DNA of 64,000 nucleotides from Nannocystis bainbridge (lineage in GTDB: Bacteria > Myxococcota_A > Polyangia > Nannocystales > Nannocystaceae), in assembly GCF_028368995.1 (NCBI RefSeq), contig NZ_JAQNDL010000001.1, positions 2,752,001-2,816,000 on the forward strand. Direction: 5' to 3'. Positions within the stretch are counted from its first letter, which is position 1; each line of letters begins with the position of its first letter. The position numbers and the translations under genes are program-made. The notes under the pieces were generated by a model, which worked only from the letters and a program-made list of their open reading frames with translations, ran no database searches and was not told where the DNA came from. Of this stretch, positions 30,949 through 39,676 are shown piece after piece.

Positions 30949-30984
30949 CGAGCGAGCGGGACGAGACCCGCGTCCGATCCGCGT

Positions 30985-32601
30985 TCACTCGACCCGCGCG
31001 CCGACGAACGCGTGACCCCGGAGGTCGCTGGCGGGCGCGTCGACGTCGGCGAACAGGAACGTGAACCCGCCGAGCTCCGGCCGCCCCGCGGCGACGAAGC
31101 GATCGTCGCCCGCGTGCTCGAGCCCGACTTCGAACCCGAGCCCCGACAGCCGCAGGCCGGCGCCGTGCGCCGCGATCGTCACGGCCGCGCCGGAGCGATC
31201 GGCGCGGTACGTGCCGGCGTAGCGTCCAGCGGGGCCCATCGGCGCAGCAGGCTCGGGCGCCACGTCCAGGACCTCTTGCAGGATGGTGACGAGGGTCGCC
31301 CGCAGCGGCACGCCGTCGTTGCTCAGCACCGCGGCGTAGAACCCTCGCTCCGGCACGAAGATCAGGTCGGCCGCGAAGTCCCCGGTCGCGCCGCTGTGAC
31401 CGTAGATCGCCGGCCCGCCGGTACTTGTCCGCACGCGCACGCCGAGCCCGTAGCGCTCGCCGGGCCGCTCGCCGGTCGGCACCTCCGCAGCCAGCAGCTC
31501 GCCGCGCGCCGCCAGCGACAGCGGCGAGCGGCCGGGATCGAAGAGGCCCTGCACCGCCGTCACGAGCTCGGCCGCCGAGACGATCGCGCCGCCGGCGGGG
31601 ATGGTCCAGCGCGCGGCGCCTGTCCCGAGGGCCAGGTCTTCGACGACGCTGAAGGCCCGGGCCTGTTGGCCGCGCCCGAGGTGGCCGCAGGCGGCACCGG
31701 TCTGCAGGGCCCTGTGCGGATCGATCACCGCGTCCCCGAGCCCGAGCGGCGCCAGCAGCTCGTCGACGAGCAGGCGCGAGAACTCGACCCCCCGCAGCCG
31801 CGCCAGGGCGGCGCCGACGAGCGCGTAGCCGTCGCTCGAGTAGCTCCACAGCGCCCCGGGCTCGCGCCACAGCGGCCGCTCGCCGAGCCCGAGCAACCAG
31901 TCGGCGCCGAGCTCCAGCGGCGACGGGTCGGGCACGCCGGCGGTGTGCGTCAAGAGCTGCCGCCAGGTGATCGCCGCGGCCCGCTCGTCGACCCCCGCGG
32001 CCAGCTCGGGCAGCACGCGCGTTACCTCGTCGTCGAGCCCGAGGCGCCCGGCGTCGACCTGCCGCAGCACCAGCGCCGCGGTCCACAGCTTGGTGATCGA
32101 GCCGACGCGAAAGCGCGTGGTCGCGGTGACGGCCTGTCCTTCGAGACAGGCGCTGCCGGCGGTGGCGACGAACGGCGCGCCGTTACCCTCGACGATCGCC
32201 AGGCTCGCGCCGACCCCCGCGAGGTTGTGATGCTCGGCGCAAAAGGCCGCGACGATCCGGGCGTAGCGCGCCGGCGCGCCGGCGTTGCGCCGCAAGCACG
32301 CAGCCCGGCGATCGTCACCGGGCCGCGAGGTCGCATCCTCTCCTCGCGCATCGGAGCCCGCAGGCGTCGCATCCTCTCCTCGCGCATCGGAGCCCGCAGC
32401 CGTCGCATCCTCTCTTCGCGCATCGATCCCCGTGCGCGTCGCGTCGTGCGCATTACCCTCGGCGTCCGACTGCCGCGACGCCGCCTCCTGGCGCCCATCG
32501 ATCGACGCGTCGCTCGGGCCTTGACCCGACGCCCTCTCCGTAACCCCTGGCTCGCCGCACGCGAGCAGGAGCGCGCACCCGCCGGCCCGCGCGAGACGCA
32601 T
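30985..32601 (-). CDS. Serine hydrolase / beta-lactamase class C-like lipoprotein
   Basis: FRVGSITK (SxxK), LLTHTAG, YSS, YGLG and HSG motifs; lipobox LLAC; 39-bp repeats (DARGEDAT) in the N-terminal linker. Confidence 0.9.
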   Translation of the reverse strand: MRLARAGGCALLLACGEPGVTERASGQGPSDASIDGRQEAASRQSDAEGNAHDATRTGIDARREDATAAGSDARGEDATPAGSDARGEDATSRPGDDRRAACLRRNAGAPARYARIVAAFCAEHHNLAGVGASLAIVEGNGAPFVATAGSACLEGQAVTATTRFRVGSITKLWTAALVLRQVDAGRLGLDDEVTRVLPELAAGVDERAAAITWRQLLTHTAGVPDPSPLELGADWLLGLGERPLWREPGALWSYSSDGYALVGAALARLRGVEFSRLLVDELLAPLGLGDAVIDPHRALQTGAACGHLGRGQQARAFSVVEDLALGTGAARWTIPAGGAIVSAAELVTAVQGLFDPGRSPLSLAARGELLAAEVPTGERPGERYGLGVRVRTSTGGPAIYGHSGATGDFAADLIFVPERGFYAAVLSNDGVPLRATLVTILQEVLDVAPEPAAPMGPAGRYAGTYRADRSGAAVTIAAHGAGLRLSGLGFEVGLEHAGDDRFVAAGRPELGGFTFLFADVDAPASDLRGHAFVGARVE

Positions 32602-32611
32602 CGACGCGCCG

Positions 32612-33601
32612 CTACTCCGCCTCGCCGCGGATCGTCCGCAGGCGCACGGGGGCGCGGGCGCGCTGGCGGAAGCGACGCTCGGCGTACGCGACGTCCTCGA
32701 CCCACAGCCGGGCCGCGCGGGCCTCGATCATCGGGCGCACCAGCCGACCGAACCCGAGCGCCCACCTGAAGCCGGGCCGATCCGACGTCGCAAGCGTCGC
32801 CTCGATCACCGCGCAGCGGCCGGGCCCGAGCGGGGTCGCGTGCGTCTCGACCACCGAGCCCACGCCCTCGCCGCCGACGATCGTCATCACGATCGTGCGT
32901 GGGTCGGAGCAGTGGAAGGTCGCGTCGACCTCGACCGCCAGCGGCCCGAACAAGCGGTAGGCCACGCGCACCAGCAGGTGGTCGGGCTCGTCGGCCAGGA
33001 CCTTGAGGCGGGCGAACGAGTGCGGGTGGTAGTGCGCGCCGTGCCACGGATCGAGGCGGTTGGCGAGGATGTCCGAAGGGTCACATTCGGCCTCCATCCG
33101 CACCACGCCGGCCAGGAACCGGTCCGGGCGCGGGGCCAGGATCGGCGCCGGCGTCCTCGCCTCGGCGCCGGCATGACCTGTCTCTTCGGGCATCTGCACC
33201 CACACCAGCACGCCGTCGTCGTGCGTCGCCAGCGGACGCCAGCGGCCGTGCGGCTCGTCGCCGAGCTCGAGCCCGTGCCACGGACAGACCAGGTTGTCGT
33301 TGCGGACCTTCGCGCAGGCCAGCGACGCGCCCATGTGCGGGCACGCCTCGGGCGCCGCGCGCACGCTGTCGTCGCGGGTCCGCCACAGCACCAGCTCGTG
33401 GCCGTCGATGGTATAGGCGCGCGGAGTGCGAACGATCTGCTCGCGCGCGTCGACGGCGAACCAGCCGCCGCCGGGCAGCGCCAGCGCCCGCTGCAGCGCC
33501 TTCTCGATCCGCGCGGGGTTGGCCTGCACCCAATCGGGCGCCTCGCTGTGCGCCTCGCCGGGCGCGGCGGGAGGAGTGCCGAAAGTGTAGAGGCGCGTCA
33601 T
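32612..33601 (-). CDS. Rieske [2Fe-2S] protein with DUF5914-like C-terminal domain
   Basis: CPHMG...CPWHG Rieske ligands; NRLDPWHGAHYHP and WVEDVAYAERR mononuclear-iron-type motifs. Confidence 0.85.
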   Translation of the reverse strand: MTRLYTFGTPPAAPGEAHSEAPDWVQANPARIEKALQRALALPGGGWFAVDAREQIVRTPRAYTIDGHELVLWRTRDDSVRAAPEACPHMGASLACAKVRNDNLVCPWHGLELGDEPHGRWRPLATHDDGVLVWVQMPEETGHAGAEARTPAPILAPRPDRFLAGVVRMEAECDPSDILANRLDPWHGAHYHPHSFARLKVLADEPDHLLVRVAYRLFGPLAVEVDATFHCSDPRTIVMTIVGGEGVGSVVETHATPLGPGRCAVIEATLATSDRPGFRWALGFGRLVRPMIEARAARLWVEDVAYAERRFRQRARAPVRLRTIRGEAE

Positions 33602-33807
33602 CGGGGCGGCAGGGAGCGCCAGTGTACTACGGGTCCGCTCGTCCCGCACGAACGCCCGGCGCGAGGGCCCGCCCCGCGCCTCGCCGCGAGCGCGTGCGAG
33701 ACGTCGAGATCGAGCGGCGATCGCGGACCGAACGCCGAACCAGCACGGCCCCGCGGACCGGTGCAGGTCCGCGGGCACGCACGAAGCTTCGAGCGCCTCC
33801 CGCCGCG

Positions 33808-34314
33808 CTACCACACCGCGAAGGCGCTGCAGCTCAGGGCGTCCAGCGAACCCCCGTGCGTCAGCGGGACCGACTTGGTGGAGTTGTTGGCGATCGGGCC
33901 GGTGGTATAGCCGGTGTAGGGCGCCGGGCTGCCCCAGTAGTGCTGGACCGTGTACGAGATGATGGCGCCGGCCGGGATGCCCCCGGGCACCGCACAACCC
34001 TCGGAGGACAGGGTCGAGAGCCGGGCGTCAAAGTTGAAGATCGACGGGGAGGTGATCGTGCAACACAAGGGGACGAAGCCCTCGGCGACGTCGGGGCGGT
34101 CCGTCAGCTCGGCGAGGTCGTGGTCGGCGAGGCCCTCGGCGGCCTCCTCGGCCTCGGCGTCCTCCGCCGCGAGCTCGAGGTCGTCCTCGCCCAGGCGGGC
34201 CAGCTCGGCCTCCTGATCGGGGTCGTCGCAAGCGACGGCGAGCAGCATGCCCGGGAGGGCCAGCGCGAATGACGTGCGGTAGACAAAGCGATGGATACGC
34301 GATGTGATGGTCAT
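33808..34314 (-). CDS. Small hypothetical lipoprotein
   Basis: Lipobox AVAC, acidic helical segment and 4-Cys C-terminal domain. Confidence 0.7.
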   Translation of the reverse strand: MTITSRIHRFVYRTSFALALPGMLLAVACDDPDQEAELARLGEDDLELAAEDAEAEEAAEGLADHDLAELTDRPDVAEGFVPLCCTITSPSIFNFDARLSTLSSEGCAVPGGIPAGAIISYTVQHYWGSPAPYTGYTTGPIANNSTKSVPLTHGGSLDALSCSAFAVW

Positions 34315-34598
34315 GATGATCTTCTCTGTTTGCCGATACATGAGCGCGCCCGTCCGGGCTCCACGCGGTCCCGCGTCTCGTCGCGCCCGATCGGCTAGGT
34401 GTCCGCGGCCTGCGGACCAATTGCGGCGACTTCGAAGTTTCCTGCGGCACCGTCGGCGCATTCGTATGAACGGCGTCAAGAGCGTCTCGCAGCATTCTGC
34501 GGCGACGTACGCGGTGTCCGAGTCGACCGATTCCCCGCCGTCACCGCCAATGCGACGACTCGGGGTCCGCGCGTCCCAGGTGATCCCCGGACGCGCCG

Positions 34599-35786
34599 TC
34601 AGGTCGCCGCGCGCAGCCACAGCGAGCGCGAACGCAGCACCGCCGCCGTCATCTCCGCCATCGGCGACGCCAGCATCACCCGCGGGTAATCGAGCGGCCC
34701 CGCGTGGTCGCTGAGGAAGCGACACAGCAGGTCCGGCGGCAGGCGCTCGAACAGGTCGACGAACAGCGGCGGCCCGCGCCCGGGGGCGCGCTGCAGGTGC
34801 GCCAGCAGCACCCGGTCCATCGCCACCGCCGCCGCCGGCCGGGGCGCGGGCACCCGCGGCGGCGCACCTGGCCTTTCGAGCAGCTCGTGCGCCAGCAGCT
34901 GCGAGCTGCGCTGGATCGCCTGGAACGCGTAGCCGGTCGAGCCCTTGGCCAGGCCGCCGCGCAGGCCGAGGTGGATCACCCGCGGGCTGTCGCGCAGCGC
35001 CGCCGGCCGGCTCGTCATCGCGATCGCCCCGCGCTCGCGCCAGCGCACGGTCGGGTCCGTCAGCCCGTAGCGACTTCGCAGGTAGCCGCGCAGGTCGTCC
35101 TCGTAGGTCGCGTCGGGCAGGCTCTCCGGCGAGATGTACGTCGTCTCCACCAGCGCGCGGGTCGACGTGAACGGCAGCACGTACATGAAGTGGATCCCGC
35201 GCGCCTGGTCGACCGCGAAGTCCATCACCGTCGGGACCTCGGGGTCGAACACCGGCGCCGGCGCCTCGACCTCCCAGCCGACGAAATGCTGCAGCAGGTC
35301 GACCTCGTCGCCGCCGGGCGCGGGGGCCGGCGCCGGTCGGCTGTCGAACACCAGCCGCGCGCGCACCACCTCGGCGTCGGTCACCACCTCGCACCCGTCG
35401 CCGACCTCGCGGATCGCCCGCACCGCGCAGCCGCGGCGCAGCTCGATCTCGGGGAACTCCGCGAGTGTCCCGAGGGCCATGTCGTAAAAGACATCCGACG
35501 GCACGTGCTCGTAGGGGTGCCGCGTGGTGCCGCGGACCAGCGAGCGCTCGGCGTCGGCCACGCGCCAGCGGGTCCAGCGGTGGCGGACCGCCGCCGCGAA
35601 CGGGTGGTCGACGAAGCGCCAGTAGCACCACGTGCGGTCGCGGGCGTGCCGCGCGCGCGGCTCGATCAACACCATCCGCGGGCAGGCGACCTGGCGGCGG
35701 CGGGCCTGCAGGGCGATCTGCACCGCGAGGCTGAGGCCCGCACAGCCGGCGCCGGCGATCACGTAGTCCGCGCGCACTGGCGGCAT
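34599..35786 (-). CDS. Lycopene cyclase family FAD-dependent protein (CrtY/CrtL-like)
   Basis: IAGAGCAGLSLA, DRTWCYW, FDSR, MDF, FMYVLP, ALVETT, ERGAIAM and GGLAKGSTGYAF motifs. Confidence 0.88.
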   Translation of the reverse strand: MPPVRADYVIAGAGCAGLSLAVQIALQARRRQVACPRMVLIEPRARHARDRTWCYWRFVDHPFAAAVRHRWTRWRVADAERSLVRGTTRHPYEHVPSDVFYDMALGTLAEFPEIELRRGCAVRAIREVGDGCEVVTDAEVVRARLVFDSRPAPAPAPGGDEVDLLQHFVGWEVEAPAPVFDPEVPTVMDFAVDQARGIHFMYVLPFTSTRALVETTYISPESLPDATYEDDLRGYLRSRYGLTDPTVRWRERGAIAMTSRPAALRDSPRVIHLGLRGGLAKGSTGYAFQAIQRSSQLLAHELLERPGAPPRVPAPRPAAAVAMDRVLLAHLQRAPGRGPPLFVDLFERLPPDLLCRFLSDHAGPLDYPRVMLASPMAEMTAAVLRSRSLWLRAAT

Positions 35787-35869
35787 CTATGGCCCATGCG
35801 GGCGCAGATCTCAAGCCGCGGCGATCTCCGCGAGCACGGCGCACGGGCCTTCATGATAACGTCGGCCGC

Positions 35870-37204
35870 ATGCGCGACCTCCGGCTGCTCCGCCGACGCC
35901 TGCACACCGCCCTCACCTCGGGGCTCCTGCTCGCCGCCTGCGGCCCGGCCCCCGCGCCCGCCGAAGCCACCAAGCCCGCGCCGGCCAAGGCCGCCACGCC
36001 CGAGCCCACGCCCGCCAAGGTCGAGCCCGCTCCTGTCGTCGCCGACGCCGCGCCCGCCGGCCCGCAGTACCCGGCGCGCACCGGCATGGACCCGTACGAC
36101 CCTGACGGCCTCGAGGAAGAGGGCTGCAACAACGGCGACTGGTGCGGCCCGCCCACGGCCGCCGAGAAGTTCCGCGCCCCCCAGGCGACCGACGAGATCG
36201 GCTGTCCCACGCGCCTCATCGGCCGCCCCGACCCGGGCGACAGCGCCAAGGAGAAGGTCTTCAAGGGCCTCTCGATGAACCCGATGATGATGGGCCGCCT
36301 GCGCAAGATCGCCACCGACGACAAGCGCAAGGCCAGCGGCGACGGCGAGGTCTGCTGCTACCACTGGTTCGACTACTGCAGCGGCCGCCCGCTGCTGGCC
36401 GGCAGCGACGACGCCATGCTCGCGCCGGTCCTGCCCGGAAGGACATGGCTCTCGGAGCATGTCCCTGAGGACATGCTCGGAGGGCCAGACGCTGAGCAGC
36501 GCGCGCTGCTGGCCGCCGCCTGGCTCGTCGACGCCCAGATGGAGCACGCCTCGGTCGCCGCGTTCGCCCGCGCCGCGCTCGAGCTGATGGCTGTCGGCGC
36601 CCCGCCCGAGCTGCTGAGCGGCTGCGCCGAGGCCGGGCTCGACGAGGTCCGGCACGCGCAGGCCTGCTTCGCCCTCGCGGCCGCGTACGGCGGCGTCGCG
36701 CTCGCGCCGGGCCCGCTGCCGCCGGTGCAGCCCCGCGCCGGCGGTCTGGTCGCGCTCGCCTGCGACACCTTCCGCGAGGGCTGCGTCGGCGAGACGATCG
36801 CCGCGCTCACCGCGCTGCGCAGCCGCCGCGACTGCGAAGCCCCGGCCGCCGAAGTCGCGCTGGCGAGCATCGCCGCCGACGAAACCCGCCACGCCGAACT
36901 CGCCTGGGCCACGGTCGCCTGGGCCATCGACGTCGGCGGGCCCGAGGTCGCCGCGGCCGTGCGCGCCGTCGCGGCCGAGCTGCGAGCCGCCGCGTTCGTC
37001 GACGAGCCGTGCGCGCGCGAGCCCGACCTGCGGAGGTTCGGTCGCCTCGGTCCGCAAGCGCGGGTCGATACCCGCCGCGACGCGTGGACCGGCGTCCTCG
37101 ATCGCATGTTGAAGCTGGTCCTCGAGGATCTCGAGGTCGAGGGCGATGACCCTCGGCCGGCTCACGCCGAAGCCGCAGAGCCCGCCGTTACCTTGCGCGC
37201 CTGA
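35870..37204 (+). CDS. Myxobacterial ferritin-like domain lipoprotein
   Basis: Lipobox LAAC, Cys-rich N-domain ending in GRP, EHASVAAF, DEVRHA, EGCVGET and DETRHA. Confidence 0.85.
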   Translation: MRDLRLLRRRLHTALTSGLLLAACGPAPAPAEATKPAPAKAATPEPTPAKVEPAPVVADAAPAGPQYPARTGMDPYDPDGLEEEGCNNGDWCGPPTAAEKFRAPQATDEIGCPTRLIGRPDPGDSAKEKVFKGLSMNPMMMGRLRKIATDDKRKASGDGEVCCYHWFDYCSGRPLLAGSDDAMLAPVLPGRTWLSEHVPEDMLGGPDAEQRALLAAAWLVDAQMEHASVAAFARAALELMAVGAPPELLSGCAEAGLDEVRHAQACFALAAAYGGVALAPGPLPPVQPRAGGLVALACDTFREGCVGETIAALTALRSRRDCEAPAAEVALASIAADETRHAELAWATVAWAIDVGGPEVAAAVRAVAAELRAAAFVDEPCAREPDLRRFGRLGPQARVDTRRDAWTGVLDRMLKLVLEDLEVEGDDPRPAHAEAAEPAVTLRA

Positions 37205-37208
37205 GAAA

Positions 37209-37238
37209 TTGCGACGCGCCGCCGCCCCGCCCTATGAT
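37209..37238 (+). promoter_or_regulatory. Sigma70-type promoter directly before ATG (leaderless)
   Basis: TTGCGA-18 nt-TATGAT, then 6 nt to the ATG at 37245; no canonical SD. Confidence 0.6.
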
Positions 37239-37244
37239 CGCGGG

Positions 37245-38213
37245 ATGGCCCGCCGCTTCTCGTTCCTCGCGCTCGTCACCCTCGCGGCCTGTGCCGGCGG
37301 CGAGGACGTGACTCAAAGTTCAGGTTTCGGCGGCTCGTTTCCACCGCCGACCACCGCGTCGCCGACCACCCAGGGCATGTCGGGCACCTCCGCGCCGACC
37401 ACCGACGACGACTCGGCCGGCACCACCGACATGATCCGGCCCGACTTCGGCGACGAAGCGCCGACCACCGACGACGCGCCGACCACCGGCCCCGTCGATC
37501 CGTCGGGCACCAGCGATCCGAGCACCACCTCCACCACCGAGCCGGCGACGTCCTGCGGCGACGGGGCGATCGAGCCGCCCGAGGAGTGCGAGGGCGCCAA
37601 CGTCAACGGGCAGACCTGCCAGGGCCTCGGCTTCAACGGCGGCGTCCTGACCTGCGCCGCCGCGACCTGCACGTGGGACAAGAGCCAGTGCCTGAGCGAG
37701 TCGTGCGGCGACGGCACCAAGAACGGCGGCGAGGAGTGCGACTGCGGCGCGCAGGGCACCCAGTGCTCGGCCGCGCAGCTCGGCAACCTGGTGTGCGCGC
37801 AGTTGGTCGCCCCGGCCAATGGCAACTACCACGGCGGCACGCTGACCTGCGGCAGCCCGCAGAGCTGCCTGTTCAACAAGACAGGTTGCTTCTGGTGCGG
37901 CGACGGCGTGCGCAACGGGCCCGAGTCGTGCGAAGGCGGCGACCTCGGCGGCCAGACCTGCAACGGCCTCGGGTTCAGCGGCGGCTCCCTGAGCTGCAAC
38001 GCCAACTGCACCCACAACACCGCCGGCTGCGTCAACATGGTCTGCGGCGACGGCGTGTGCAGCGGCGGCGAGGACGACTGCAGCTGCCCGCAGGACTGCC
38101 CCGAAGACCCGTACTCGTGCTCGGACTGCGAGTGCGGCGGCTTCAGTGGCGCCTGCGCCTGCGACCCCGATTGCTTCTTCTACGGCGACTGCTGCATCGA
38201 CGGCCCGTGCTGA
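37245..38213 (+). CDS. Cys-rich lipoprotein with CGDG repeats
   Basis: Lipobox LAAC, Thr-rich stalk, four CGDG-type repeats and terminal CACDPDCFFYGDCC. Confidence 0.8.
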   Translation: MARRFSFLALVTLAACAGGEDVTQSSGFGGSFPPPTTASPTTQGMSGTSAPTTDDDSAGTTDMIRPDFGDEAPTTDDAPTTGPVDPSGTSDPSTTSTTEPATSCGDGAIEPPEECEGANVNGQTCQGLGFNGGVLTCAAATCTWDKSQCLSESCGDGTKNGGEECDCGAQGTQCSAAQLGNLVCAQLVAPANGNYHGGTLTCGSPQSCLFNKTGCFWCGDGVRNGPESCEGGDLGGQTCNGLGFSGGSLSCNANCTHNTAGCVNMVCGDGVCSGGEDDCSCPQDCPEDPYSCSDCECGGFSGACACDPDCFFYGDCCIDGPC

Positions 38214-38435
38214 CCGCGAGTCGCATGCGACCGGCGCCGCGAGCGTGACGAGCGTCGAGCCGCCCCGGCGAGGGCCGGCTGTGACCACGAGCGTCACGAG
38301 ACTCGCTTCGAGGCGATCGAGCCACGCGCAGTCGCAGTGCGGACATCGGCTTCGCGGTCCGTGTCCGCCCACGCACCATTCTTGCCGGCTGTCGCACGGA
38401 TGCTATCGTCGGCTCGCGTACGAGGGGGATCTGTC

Positions 38436-39572
38436 ATGCGTCCATTCGCTCTGTTCAGCCTGACCTTCGCGACAGCGGCCCTGCTCGGCTTCGGCCCCGC
38501 CCGCGCCGCCGCCCCGGCGAGCGAGACCTGCTTCGCCGGCTGCACCGCGCCGGGCCTGTCCGCGGACGACCAGGCCACGTGCCGCCTCCAGTGCGCCCGC
38601 CTGGCCGAGTCCGCGACGGCGACCCCCGCGGCCAAACCCGCGACCCCGCCTGCAACCGCCCCTGCGGCCGGGTCCGCTGCGACGCCGCCCGCCGCCCGAC
38701 CTGCCACCCCGCCCGCGTCTTCGCCCTCCGCGTCTCCGCCGCCGCGCGCGGCTCAGCCCGCTCCCGACCCCGCACAGCAGCGATTTTTGTGCGAGTCGCA
38801 ATGCGAGCGCGAGGCGACCCCGGGCGACCGCGCCACCTGCCGCCTGCATTGCGGCCAGACCTACCGCGCCCCGCAGCCGGGCGCGCCGGTGTCGAGCACC
38901 AGCGTCGGCGGCACGACGACCTACAGCTTCGCCCCCGGCGGCGGCTCGGTGCCGGTGACGACGACGCAAGGCCCCGCCTACACCCCCGCGCAGCCGGGCA
39001 CCACGGCGGCCACGTACAACCCTCAGGCCGCGCAGCAACAGCAGCAGCAGATCGCCGCCTGCCAGTCCACCTGCGACCGCGAGGCCTCGGCGACCGACCG
39101 CGCCACCTGCCGCAACAACTGCGGCGCGGTCGGCACGGTGGTCGGCCCCGCGGCCCCGAGCCAGTGGGTCCTCGGCCCGGCGCCGACCATGACCGACGCC
39201 GAGCAGCGCGCCGCGGTCATCCGCTCGTCGAACGGCGTGGTCCAGGGCGGCGCGCCGCGCCCGGTCACCGCGGCCCCGAGTCAGCCCGGCCCGCGTCCGG
39301 CCGCCGGCCCGACCCCCACCCCGGCGACCCCGGGCCAGGCCACCTTCACCGTCCCCGCCCAGCCGCAAAACCCCCACTGCGCCGCCCATGCCCAGAACTG
39401 CAAGGTCAGCTGCGCCAGCGAGCAGACGACCTGCAGCAACCAGTGCGACGGGGGCAAGATGTCCGAGACCGACCGCGCGACCTGCAAGCTGACCTGCACC
39501 GGCGCCGGCGACTCGTGCCGCGACGACTGCCGCATGAAAGAGGCCGCCTGCAAGCCGGCCGTGTACCACTGA
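38436..39572 (+). CDS. Secreted protein with repeated CX3C-Xn-DRATCX3C modules
   Basis: Signal peptide, GAGGGG RBS, four Cys-hairpin modules separated by Pro/Ala/Thr linkers. Confidence 0.75.
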   Translation: MRPFALFSLTFATAALLGFGPARAAAPASETCFAGCTAPGLSADDQATCRLQCARLAESATATPAAKPATPPATAPAAGSAATPPAARPATPPASSPSASPPPRAAQPAPDPAQQRFLCESQCEREATPGDRATCRLHCGQTYRAPQPGAPVSSTSVGGTTTYSFAPGGGSVPVTTTQGPAYTPAQPGTTAATYNPQAAQQQQQQIAACQSTCDREASATDRATCRNNCGAVGTVVGPAAPSQWVLGPAPTMTDAEQRAAVIRSSNGVVQGGAPRPVTAAPSQPGPRPAAGPTPTPATPGQATFTVPAQPQNPHCAAHAQNCKVSCASEQTTCSNQCDGGKMSETDRATCKLTCTGAGDSCRDDCRMKEAACKPAVYH

Positions 39573-39581
39573 GCGATCGCG

Positions 39582-39658
39582 GCTGTCCATGCGGACATGC
39601 CCTAAAGGACATGTCCGGCGCGCCATGACCATTCGGACATGCCCCCATGAGCATGTCC
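39582..39658. repeat. Array of 14-bp TGTC-N6-GACA elements
   Basis: CATG at 39596, 39610, 39624, 39638, 39652, with GCTG at 39582 in phase; convergent junction. Confidence 0.92.
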
Positions 39659-39676
39659 ACTATATAAAAAGAAATT

